This document shows, one piece after another, positions 53,641 to 64,000 of a DNA stretch of 64,000 nucleotides (positions are counted from its first letter, which is position 1; each line of letters begins with the position of its first letter). Source of the DNA: Macrostomum lignano (lineage: Eukaryota); the NCBI GenBank assembly GCA_002269645.1, contig NIVC01001317.1, positions 198,529 to 262,528 of the forward strand, written 5' to 3'. A program made the position numbers and the translations under genes. Below the pieces are notes generated by a model, which was given only the letters and a program-made list of their open reading frames with translations, searched no databases and was not told the origin of the DNA.

Positions 53641-54239
53641 CATGTGCACATGTACAAGGCACACAGAGTGTACATGCCTGACGATTAGAAAGTCAGTGCC
53701 GCTGTGCACCCTGTGTGAGCACGTATCTGTGTCAGCAAAATGGCATGACTACTGGCCTTGAAGGGGTGACAGCCCCCTGCAAACTGATTAACTAACTGGT
53801 TGTAACGAGTTGTATCCTTTAGTATTTGCCGTACTACTAGCACTTTACTACTGGTATGAGTGAGGGGTGAAGCGCTATCCAGAGGTCTGGCTTCTGCCAG
53901 ATTGTCGCACTGGAAGATCCCGAACCTAGGTGGGCAATTTCAACTCTGACCCAGCAGATCACAGGCCCGCCACTTCATCAGCGGCAGGTCAGCTTCTGTT
54001 ACAGATTTACTGGGACGGCTTTCGCAGTCGCGTCAAGGAAGTTCATTTTCTTCTGTTGGCAAATGTTGCGCAACTATCTGAGATTTCGGTTTCAGCTGAC
54101 GGAGAGGTGCAAGCGAAAATGAAAAATAAAAATTATGGCTTAGGGTGACTGCATCCTGGACTGTTCCACGCATTGGATTTTTCAGTTATTCAGAAACTTT
54201 GCTTGTAAAGGCGGCGAGTCACGTGGAGGGAAAGTAGAT

Positions 54240-54692
54240 AAAAGACAGTGTTGAAGAGGGGAGTTGGAGGAGAGTAGATAGGAGTGAGGAGGGGAAGAGA
54301 GGGAAGATAGGAATGAGGGTGAGTGGGGAAAGGAGAGAGGGAGAGAAGAGGGGAGAGGGGTGAGAGAGGAGATTGGAGGGGAGATAGGATGAGAAGGGAG
54401 AGGAGAAGGAGGAGAGGAGAGGGAAGAGAGGTTGAGAAGGGAGAAGAGAGAGAAGAGGGGAAGAATGAGGAGGAGAGAGGGTGAGAGGGGAGAGAGGGTG
54501 AGAGGGGAGAGAGGTGAGAGGGGAGAGAGGTGAGAGGGGAGAGAGTGTGAGAGGGAGAGAGGGTGAGAGGGGAGAGAGGGTGAGAGGGGAGAGAGGGTGA
54601 GAGGGGAGAGAGGGGAGAGGGGAGAGAGATGAGAGGGGAGAGAGGTGAGAGGGGAGAGAGGGTGAGATGGTGAGAGGGGAGGGTGGAGAGAG
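54240..54692. repeat. GA-rich low-complexity repeat
   Basis: Direct reading. Confidence 0.9.
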
Positions 54693-55137
54693 GCTTTGGC
54701 GGGTAGGCAAGAGCAGGTAATGGGGGTAGCAGTAATTACAAGAGAACCCAGCGGAATCCAGCAGTTGTGCAAAGTGTCTATCTGATAAGTCCCACTCTCG
54801 CACAGATTTTACGCACAGAGAAACGAATCACCATGCAGCCAATCAGTGAGGCCGCTCTGTAAGAAAATGGCACAGAACGGGTCGCCGGTGAAGGATGAGG
54901 GACCGGGCGGTGAAAATCGAGCAGGCAGGCAAAAGGCAGCGCCAAGCGCTGGGACAAAGAAATTAACACCGCACTTCTGAACACGAAGCTCTCTCTCTCT
55001 CCCTCTCAGTCTCCCAACTGCCGCCTCATCAATTTCGGCGAAACCACAGAAGGAGAAGCGCAGAAAAAACATTTTTACGCTCTGTTCACCTCTCTTCGTC
55101 AGTGTGGAGTTTTATTAACCATTGATGAGGCTGCGCT

Positions 55138-58100
55138 ATGCCCAGCGGAGGCTGGAAGCTGTTTCAATCGGACGTCGCCAGCTCTACATCAGGTAACACA
55201 GCTGGCAGCGGAACTGCGGCCGCATCAGCTTCCATGACATCAGCGGCGGCTGGGGCGGCGGCTGGGGCGGACTGCTTGAGAGGCGGTGAGGGATCTCTGG
55301 GATTTCTGGTCTTTGATTAGGGATTTCTGGTCTCTGATTAGGGATTTCCGGTCTTTGATTAGGGATTTCTGGTCTCTGATTAGGGATTTCTGGTGTCTGA
55401 TTAGGGATTTCTGGTGTCTGATTAGGGATTTCTGGTGTCTGATTAGGGATTTCTGGTGGCTGATTAGGGATTTCTGGTGTCTGATTAGGGATTTCTGGTG
55501 GCTGATTAGGGATTTCTGGTGTCTGATTAGGGATTTCTGGAGTCTGATTAGGGACCTAGGGTGGTTAATTAAGAATGCTTATTCATTAGTTGAGTAATAG
55601 TCAACTCAACTCTTCAAAATGTTTCAGAACTCCCAAAATTTCCAGATGCCGAACTGAAGCTGTCAATCCAAGCGGCATCAACCCAGCTGAGAATTTCTCG
55701 TGAGTTGCTAAGCTGAACTTTTTATTGCGATTCTAGTGCAGCTTGAAGGTTCGTCCTTCAGTCAAAATCGGTCTCCACCTTTGCATCTCAATTTGCAGTC
55801 ATTGCGGCCAGAAATTTGACTTCCCAAAGGGGACAGCGGTGCTGCAGCTTTGTTAGGGTGAGTTCTTGGAAAACTTGTGAGGGCGTTGGCTGCGGGAGTG
55901 AGGTAGGTAATGGCGGAGTGAGGTGGCTAATGGGGAGTGAGGTGGCTAATGGGGGAGTGAGGTAGCTAATGGGGAGTGAGGTAGCTGATGAGGGAGTGGG
56001 GTAGCTAATGGAGGAGTGAGGTAGCTGATGAGGGAGTGGGGTAGCTAATGGGGGAGTGAGGTAGCTAATGGGGAGTGACGTAGCTAATGAGGGAGTGGGG
56101 TAGCTAATGGAGGAGTGAGGTAGCTAATGAGGGAGTGGGGTAGCTAATGGAGAAGTGAGGTAGCTAATGGGGAGTGAGGTAGCTAATGGAGGAGTGAGGT
56201 AGCTAATAAGGGAGTGGGGTAGCTAATGGAGGAGTGAGGTAGCTAATGAGGGAGTGGGGTAGCTAATGGAGGAGTGAGGTAGCTAATGGAGGAGTGAGGT
56301 AGCTAATGAGGGAGTGGGGTAGCTAATGGGGAGTGAGGTAGCTAATCGGGAGTGACGTAGCTAATGAGGGAGTGGGGTAGCTAATGAGGGAGTGGGGTAG
56401 CTAATGAGGGAGTGGGGTAGCTAATGGAGGAGTGAGGTAGCTAATGGAGGAGTGAGGTAGCTAATGAGGGAGTGGGGTAGCTAATGGGGAGTGAGGTAGC
56501 TAATGGGGACTGAGGTAGCTAATGGGAAGTAAGGTAGCTAATGAGAGAGTGAGGTAGCTAATGGGGAGTGAGGTAGCTAATGGAGAGTGAGGTTGCTGAT
56601 GGGGGAGTGAGGTAGCTAGAGATTGAGTCAGGAGCGAGTCAGGAGTGCAGTCGCGTACTGCTATATTTCACCAGAGCCACTATAGAAACAGCATGCAACC
56701 CTTCCAGATAAGTTTCTATCCGAGGGTCAGAACAGCGAGAAATGTCAATCGCAGGTTGTGCCCGACACCGATTTCCCATTGTTCAACGAGCACTTTGTGC
56801 TCAATTTGCCGCTAGAGCACCAGCAGCACCAGCAGCAGCGGCACCAAGGCTCCGCATCCTCAAAAGTTTGCGGGAAAAAGAATCTGTTAATTTCAGCTTG
56901 GAATCAGCTCGGTCGCGAAGGGTGAGCCAGCTAGCTTGGATGTTGAACTTGTTGAAGTAAGCCCTCTTCTTTGACTGGGGCGAAACTCTTTCATGATTTT
57001 TTAACTGATTCAGATTTGCAGAGTTTCTGGGCAGTATTGCGTTTCCGCTGGATAGCTTGATCACGTGCGGCAAGGTAATAAGTTTGTTGTATTTATAAGC
57101 ACTTTTAATTGGATAAACACTCCACTCCGTGTGTGTAGCTGAGTGATGTGGGTGTAGCTGAGTGAGGTGGGTGTAGCTGAGTGAGGTGGGTGTGGCGGAG
57201 TGAGGTGGGTTCAGCGGAGTGAGGTGGGTGTAGCTGAGTGATGTGGGTGTAGCTGAGTGAGGTGGGTGTAGCGGAGTGAGGTGGGTGTAGCGGAGTGAGG
57301 TGGGTGTAGCTGAGTGAGGTGGGTGTAGCTGAGTGAGGTGGGTGTAGCGGAGTGAGGTGGGTGTAGCGGAGTGAGGTGGGTGTAGCGGAGTGAGGTGGGT
57401 GTAGCTGAGTGCGGCAAACTCTTTTAGAACTTGATAGCTTTCTCAACACGACTTCAGACAAGCGGCTGGCACCCTCTGCTCAACGAGATTGCTCGAACCG
57501 CCTGCGGCAGCCGTTCAGCTGACCTCGGCCGACAGCAGTCGAATGAACGTAGAAGACGGCGCAGGCAAGACGACAAGCAACAGGTGCAGCAGCAGCAGCA
57601 GCAGCAGCCCTCACTACCGCCCCCAATGGTTCCCAGGCTTCTGCAGCTGGGCGTGGCCAAAAGTCCCAGCGCACTGCCGGAGTGCGGCCGCGAGCCGGAG
57701 CCGACTGGTTCTGCGATGTCGGCTGGGGTGTCTGCAACGGCGACGTCAACGACTGCTGCACCAGCCACTGCTTGGCGGCTGGCAGGCAGCTCCGGCGGCG
57801 CCAGGAGCGGCGGCTTTGGCGGCGCATTTCGGAGGGATGTGAAATCACTGTATGATATTGTGAGTGCTGGGAGTGAGGTGGGAGCTGGAGGAGTGAGGTG
57901 GGAGCTGGAGGAGTGAGGTGGGAGCTGGAGGAGTGAGGTGGGAGCTGGAGGAGTGAGGTGGGAGCTGGAGGAGTGAGGTGGGAGCTGGAGGAGTGAGGTG
58001 GGAGCTGGAGGAGTGAGGTGGGAGCTGGAGGAGTGAGGTGGGAGCTGGAGGAGTGAGGTGGGAGCTGGAGGAGTGAGGTGGGAGCTGAAGGAGTGAGGTG

Positions 58101-61021
58101 GGAGCTGGAGGAGTGAGGTGGGAGCTGGAGGAGTGAGGTGGGAGCTGGAGGAGTGAGGTGGGAGCTGGAGGAGTGAGGTGGGAGCTGGAGAGTGAGGTGG
58201 GAGCTGGAGGAGTGAGGTGAGAGCTGGAGGAGTGAGGTGGGAGCTGGAGGAGTGAGGTGGGAGCTGGAGGAGTGAGGTGAGAGCTGGAGGAGTGAGGTGG
58301 GTGCTACATGTAAACAATGAGATGAGGAATTTTGAATTGTGATGTATTTGTACATCACTACATCAAAAAATGAACAAATTATCTTTAAAAGAGCAAAGGC
58401 TGCTGCCCTTAGTCCGTTCGTGATTATTAGCTGAAGAACTGGGATAGGCATCCTGTATTTGGCCACATTGTAAATTTTAGAGCGAGTCAATAAACAGATT
58501 TACTGTACAAACTGAATCGAGACTTCATTTTTCCATCTAGCAGACTGGGATCAAAAGGATCAGCCGCAAGAATTAATTGCTTTGCCGAGATTTTTTTGTA
58601 AATTTTTTTTCAGAGCTGACGTCCAAGAACCATGCAATGCGAATATAGCGAGATTGGGCAAATATTTGGCTACTGATATGTGTCCAGGTCAAAAGGTTTC
58701 GGACCGCTCGGCATTGTACGAGCTATATTGCCCATCGACTGGGGGTCTCTGCATTATTTAAATGCATTTGGACTCAGTAATTTGATGCGATTTAGTTGAA
58801 AACATACGAGTATGCCACCACCCTGATTCATGATTCTTATCGGCAAATCAATTTGCGTTTTACATGCGTTGGTTGCATATTTTTTAAAAAATAAAATCTT
58901 ATATGAGATGAGAGGTAAGAGGGGAGGAGAGGAGAGGAGAGGAGAGAGAGGAGAAGAGAGAGGAGAGAGAGGAGAGAGAGAGAAGAGAGAGGAGAGGAGA
59001 GGAGAGGAGAGGAGAGGAGAGGAGAGGAGAGGAGAGGAGAGGAGAGGAGAGGAGCGAAAAGAGGAGAGGAGAGGAGAGGAGAGGAGAGGAGAGGAGAGGA
59101 CAGGAGCGAAAAGAGGAGAGGAGAGGAGAGGAGAGGAGAGGAGAGGAGAGGACAGGAGAGGAGAGGACAGGAGAGGACAGGAGAGGAGAGGAGAGGAGAG
59201 GAGAGGAGAGGACAGGAGAGGAGAGGAGAGGAGAGGAGAGGAGAGGAGAGGAGAGGAGAGGAGAGGAGAGGAGAGGAGAGGAGAGGAGAGGAGAGGAGAG
59301 GAGAGGACAGGAGCGAAAAGAGGAGAGGAGAGGAGAGGAGAGGAGAGGAGAGGACAGGAGAGGAGAGGACAGGAGAGGACAGGAGAGGAGAGGAGAGGAG
59401 AGGAGAGGAGAGGACAGGAGAGGAGAGGACAGGAGAGGACAGGAGAGGAGAGGAGAGGAGAGGAGAGGAGAGGAGAGAGAGGAGAGAGAGGAGAGACACG
59501 AACATCAAGCGGAAGGATTGCTATCGTGAATTTTCAAGACCGGATTGAGACGCTTTGCGGGCCGCATGTGGCTATGTACTATGAGTAGCGTGAATCGGAA
59601 TGACCAACTATAATTGTTTTTTCATAAAACCACCAGGCCAGCTGTTTGCCTGGCCACCTGACCAGCGCTGGCGGCAGGTCGCCGGAGCCGTGCCTGATGT
59701 TCGTGTCGCACCATCGGGATGGCCAGCAGCAGCAGATGTTCAGGAGGCCATCGTCCAGCCTGCTGCACTGCGGGCGCATCCTCCTGTTGGAGCGAGGCCG
59801 GTCCAGCGAAGCTCGCTGCTTTCTGTTCCCCGACTCACTCATCTTGGCGGCGGCGGCGGCGGCTGCTGGCGCGTCGGAGGAATCCGCGGAGCCGCAGCAG
59901 CAGCAACAGCAGACGGCGTTGGGAGAGTCGGCACCGCTGCCGCTTCTGCTGGACCCGCTGCCGATCCACCGCATTGCGCACTGCTTCGTGCCCGACGGGG
60001 CCGCCTGTGAGACTCCTGTGGCCTCATTTTTAAGTCCCTAATGGCAAAAGATATACCCACTCTCTCTCTCTCTTTCTTCTCTCCCCTTCCCTCTTCCCTC
60101 TCTCCTCTCCCTTCCTTCTCTCCTCTCTCTTCTCTCCCTTCCCCTTTCTCTCTTTCTTCTCTCCCTTCCCTCTTCCCTCTCTCCTCTTTCTTCTCTCCCC
60201 TTCCCTCTCTCCTCTCTCTTCTCTCCCTTCCATCTCTCCTCTTTCTTCTCTCCCCTTCCCTCTTCCCTCTCTCCTCTTTCTTCTCTCCCCTTCCCTCTTC
60301 CCTCTCTCCTCTCTCTTCTCTCCCCTTCCCTCTCTCCTCTCTCTTCTCTCCCCTTCCCTCTCTCCTCTCTCTTCTCTCCCCTTCCATCTCTCCTCTCTCT
60401 TCTCTCCCCTTCCATCTCTCCTCTTTCTTCTCTCCCCTTCCCTCTCTCCTCTCTCTTCTCTCCCCTTCCCTCTCTCCTCTTTCTTCTCTCCCTTCCTTCT
60501 CTCCTCTCTCTTCTCTCCCCTTCCATCTCTCCTCTTTCTTCTCTCCCCTTCCTTCTCTCCTCTCTCTTCTCTCCCCTTCCCTCTCCTCTCTCTTCTCTCC
60601 CCTTCCCTCTCCTCTTTCTTCTCTCCCCTTCCCTCTCTCCTCTTTCTTGTCTCCCCTTCCCCTTTCTCTCTTTCTTCTCTCCTATCTCTTCTCACTATTC
60701 TCTCTTTTGTCTCTCATCTACATGTACATGTAGCTTCTTCCTCTCACTTCTTTTCTCTTCGTATCTCCATCTTTACTCTTCCATTCTCACACCTGCTCCC
60801 AGTGAGCCGCCCCCCCAACTGTCTCCCTCAGTCGACCTGTACCTGCAGCTGGCTGGTGACTGCAACCCCCCCCAACTGTCTCCCTCAGTCGACCTGTACC
60901 TGCAGCTGGCTGGTGACTGCAACGGATGCACGTCCTGCGCCTGCGGTGCCCCAGCGAGTCGGAGAGCCGGTCTTGGTGCAGAAAAATTCAGGAGCTGCTG
61001 TTGAAGATTGTTGTGCTGTAG
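55138..61021 (+). CDS. C2 + PH domain gene, RGS3-N-terminus-like. Exons 55138-55285, 55646-55699, 55799-55857, 56708-56921, 57014-57074, 57458-57859, 59637-60006, 60889 (or 60832)-61021; about 480 aa after adding one base at each of about 56720 and 60923
   Basis: Hand-spliced with phase-consistent GT-AG sites. C2: DAELKLSIQAASTQLRISLIAARNLTSQRGQRCCSFVR ISFYP[E]GQNSEKCQSQVVPDTDFPLFNEHF..LLISAWNQ..FLGSIAFPLDSL..TSGWHPLL. PH: LLHCGRILLLERGRSSEARCFLFPDSLILA..LDPLPIHRI..FDLYLQ..VLRLRCPSESESRSWCRKIQELL. The start codon is uncertain. Confidence 0.75.
55295..55560. repeat. 21-bp intronic minisatellite (gattagggatttctggtgtct)
   Basis: Begins about 10 nt after the donor at 55286. Confidence 0.92.
55895..56620. 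repeat. About 21-bp G-rich intronic minisatellite (ggagtgaggtagctaatg)
   Basis: Direct reading. Confidence 0.93.
57128..57410. repeat. About 20-bp intronic minisatellite (gagtgaggtgggtgtagc)
   Basis: Direct reading. Confidence 0.92.
57868..58303. repeat. 20-bp intronic minisatellite (ggaggagtgaggtgggagct)
   Basis: Starts just after the donor at 57860. Confidence 0.95.
58915..59492. repeat. (GGAGA)n pentanucleotide repeat, intronic
   Basis: Direct reading. Confidence 0.95.
60055..60712. repeat. CT-rich low-complexity repeat, intronic
   Basis: Direct reading. Confidence 0.93.
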
Positions 61022-61364
61022 ATTAGCCATGTAGCAGCAATGGCTTCCATAACTATTAAACTGATTTTCATTAATCTTGAAACCTCACTCCTAAAATTAT
61101 TTGCTTCTCTTTGGCTTTGTTTAAGTGTGTAAATTATAATATAATTGGGGGGGGCTTTAATAGCATGAATACGTTGCTTCTGTCAGGGTGTCAGGGAACA
61201 TCAGATGCCAGCTGTCAAGTTGGAAGAATGCAGATGTACTCGTATCAGATGCAGCTTCTATCACAGCAAAGATGCAAATATATCTAACATGACTTTTTAT
61301 GACTTCAAGTAGTTGATACAGGGGCGTCCCACCTGCACCCGCGTAAAAGCTATGGGGACACATG

Positions 61365-62002
61365 CTGGCGCTAGAATGAGTGCCTGCGGCGCTAGAATGA
61401 GTGTCTGCGGCGCTAGAATGAGTGTCTGCGGCGCTAGAATGAGTGCCTGCGGCGCTAGAATGAGTGCCTGCGGCGCTAGAATGAGTGTCTGCGGCGCTAG
61501 AATGAGTGTCTGCGGCGCTAGAATGAGTGTCTGCGGCGCTAGAATGAGTGCCTGCGGCGCTAGAATGAGTGCCTGCGGCGCTAAAATGAGTGCCTGCGGC
61601 GCTAGAATGAGTGTCTGCGGCGCTAAAATGAGTTTGTGCGGCGCTAGAATGAGTGTCTGCGGCGCTAAAATGAGTGCCGGTAGCGCTAAAATGAGTGCCA
61701 GTGGCGCTAGAATGAGTGTCTGCGGCGCTAAAATGAGTTTGTGCGGCGCTAAAATGAGTGCCAGTGGCGCTAGAATGAGTGCCAGTGGCGCTAGAATGAG
61801 TGCCAGTGGCGCTAGAATGAGTGCAGTGGCGCTAGAATGAGTGCCAGTGGCGCTAGAATGAGTGTCTGCGGCGCTAAAATGAGTGCCAGTGGCGCTAAAA
61901 TGAGTGCTTGTGGCGCTAAAATGAGTGCTTGTGGCGCTACAATGAGTGCCTGTGGCGCTACAATGAGTGCCTGTGGCGCTAAAATGAGTGCCTGCGGCGC
62001 CA
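61365..62002. repeat. 21-bp minisatellite (ggcgctagaatgagtgcctgc)
   Basis: About 30 units; source of ARMS/LILAP ORFs. Confidence 0.95.
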
Positions 62003-64000
62003 AAAGGAGCGCTGACAACACAGATTCTGAAAATGATGTACATGTACTTGTAGAATTCTTGGCTTTGTCCCCCACCATAAAATCCGTGGCGACGCCCCTG
62101 GGTTGATTGAATCAAGCCTTACTTGGCTAACAAAAGGAATCCGATTTGTGTCTCCTCAGCTGTCTTCTCTAATCTTCTATTTTTCTCTTTTCTCTCCTTT
62201 CTCTCATCTCATCTCATCCTCTCCTCTCCTATCTCTTCTCTACTCCCTCTCCTCTCTCCCTTTCCTCTGGCAGCAGTCTTTACCTGGTCCTTCAAGTGAA
62301 AGAGTTTGTCGCAATCAATAACTCATTCGACTAAGTTTCACTTCAAAAACTTGAAGAGCAAAAGCTCAACTCTTGCCTCTTCAAATGCCGAATTCGCATG
62401 CGCTTGCATCCGCTTTAAAAGATCGATAATTTATAAATCAGGTCATTATTAATATGAATATGATTAAGAAAATTTTATTGCTGGTACATGTGGCTGTACT
62501 TAATAAAACTGTCAACAGTGCTTTTGGTATTATTTATTTTTGCGATTCAAGTTAATAAAAGTTCAAGCAGGTAAAATTTGCGTCAAAGAAAAGCATTAGA
62601 AATTGCCTGAAAGGTAAAATTTTTGAGCCAAACCGTCGGATTCCAGGTGCAGGCTGCATTCTCATGGGATTAACAATTTCACTGCCTGACAAGCGTACAA
62701 ACTTTTGCATGAACAGAAAAGGTGCACTGAAAGCTCTTGGTGGGAGAAGCACGGCGGAAAAATCTAGCTAGCTTGTGCGCTTCTTCAATAGCACTTTGGT
62801 CATAACCCTGCAGCTGACTACACTGCCGATGTTAAAGGCCCACATCGACCCGCCTGTCGATCTGGCGCTGCATGGGCGCCTTCAACGGTTCATGACAGGA
62901 GGTTCAATCCCAGATCGAACGCTGCGGCGGTTCTCCCCAGTGGCGACGGCCGATGGACAACGATCAATAGTACGCCGTCCTGCAGAACACCAGGACGTAC
63001 CAAGGTTTGAGCAGCTCACTGTGACGAACTGATGTGCCACTATTGCACTCTGTCAGCGGTTTACCTGGCTCAGCAGCCTGGTGCCCACACGTGCAGGAAA
63101 AGGACATCCAGCCGAGACGTTGGACGACGCTGATGGCCACGCTGGAGGGGCAGCTGGACTCTGCGCACTCGCTACTGCTCCGCTCGGACCTTCAAACAGA
63201 CGAGAGCGTCGATCGACACCTTACGAATCGTATTTTTTAATACAAAGTACAAATTCTTGTAAAATATACTGTATACTATCTAACTGAATATTGCACTATT
63301 GTTCTAACTGAATATAATTGCATAATATTTTTAAGCATTTAAGCACTTTTAAGCAATGAATTTAGATTTTTCTAGCTATTTTATGTTAAAATCTTTATTA
63401 AACTACACGGAGGAAGACTAAATTAAAAGAATCAGATATTGTGACAGTGACATTGCTGACAGTGTGACATGGGATATTGCTGTGACAGTCGAGTCGAGAG
63501 CGTCAGGACTGAGGCTCTAGTACCCAGAGGGCCCAGAGCTGCCACGTGCGTACGCCATCCCAAGCTGGCGGCTTCAACTCTGACAGCTTTTACTGTGGCA
63601 GCAAGCCAAATGATTTAAGCTGAGAGTACTGCCCTCAGCTTAATTTCTTGCTCACTTGAAGTGCCAGGCATATTAACCAGTCGATATACTTAGACTGTTT
63701 GTTGTATGACACTGGGGCACCCGACATCTATAATGGGGCGGAGTTTGTTGGCTTACCCGCGATGTGGCCGCATCATCAATATGGCGCATCTAGAATTTTT
63801 GGGTCCATTGCCTGAAAGCGAATTGACCGCAGTGTATTTTTCAAGAGGGAATTTAGCCTGTAAATACTTCGTTTGCTAACTAAATATCACTACAGGATCG
63901 TAACAACAGGGTAATCGTTTAACAAAGACTTTTCTAACCATTGCCAAACTGTTAGCGCTAGTTCGTCTCGATGCTAGAAAGACAATACAAGATGCACATA

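Noticed and set aside
61297-62115. 272- and 175-aa ORFs (LILAP / ARMS repeats)
   Set aside because: Translations of the 21-bp minisatellite.

Overview
Eukaryotic (metazoan) genomic DNA, not prokaryotic. It has GT-AG introns, GC-rich exons and about 24 kb (hand tally, roughly 35-40%) of tandem repeats; this style suggests a repeat-rich invertebrate such as the flatworm Macrostomum (inference only). Five protein-coding genes are supported: (1) a 7-repeat protocadherin (+, 20403-25330, 3 coding exons, about 1168 aa); (2) a secreted, probably GPI-anchored GlpQ-type glycerophosphodiester phosphodiesterase (-, 26584-29013, 3 exons, 382 aa); (3) a TNFAIP8/TIPE protein (+, main exon 35765-36393); (4) an intron-less KChIP/NCS calcium sensor (+, 42676-43296); (5) an 8-exon C2+PH gene resembling the N-terminal part of long RGS3 isoforms (+, 55138-61021), invisible in the ORF track and carrying two single-base frameshifts. 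Mobile DNA includes a decayed Penelope-like RT flanked by a satellite resembling a degenerate hammerhead ribozyme, Helitron-like termini bracketing a satellite/(TTAGGG)n composite, a SWIM-finger remnant and a small MITE-like repeat. Most long ORFs in the track are tandem-repeat artefacts. No rRNA, tRNA or CRISPR array was found. I see no clear-cut new biological system; the best leads are the hammerhead-like satellite, the C2-PH gene, the Helitron-like composite and the splice-signal-like minisatellites. All family assignments are from remembered motifs, not database searches.
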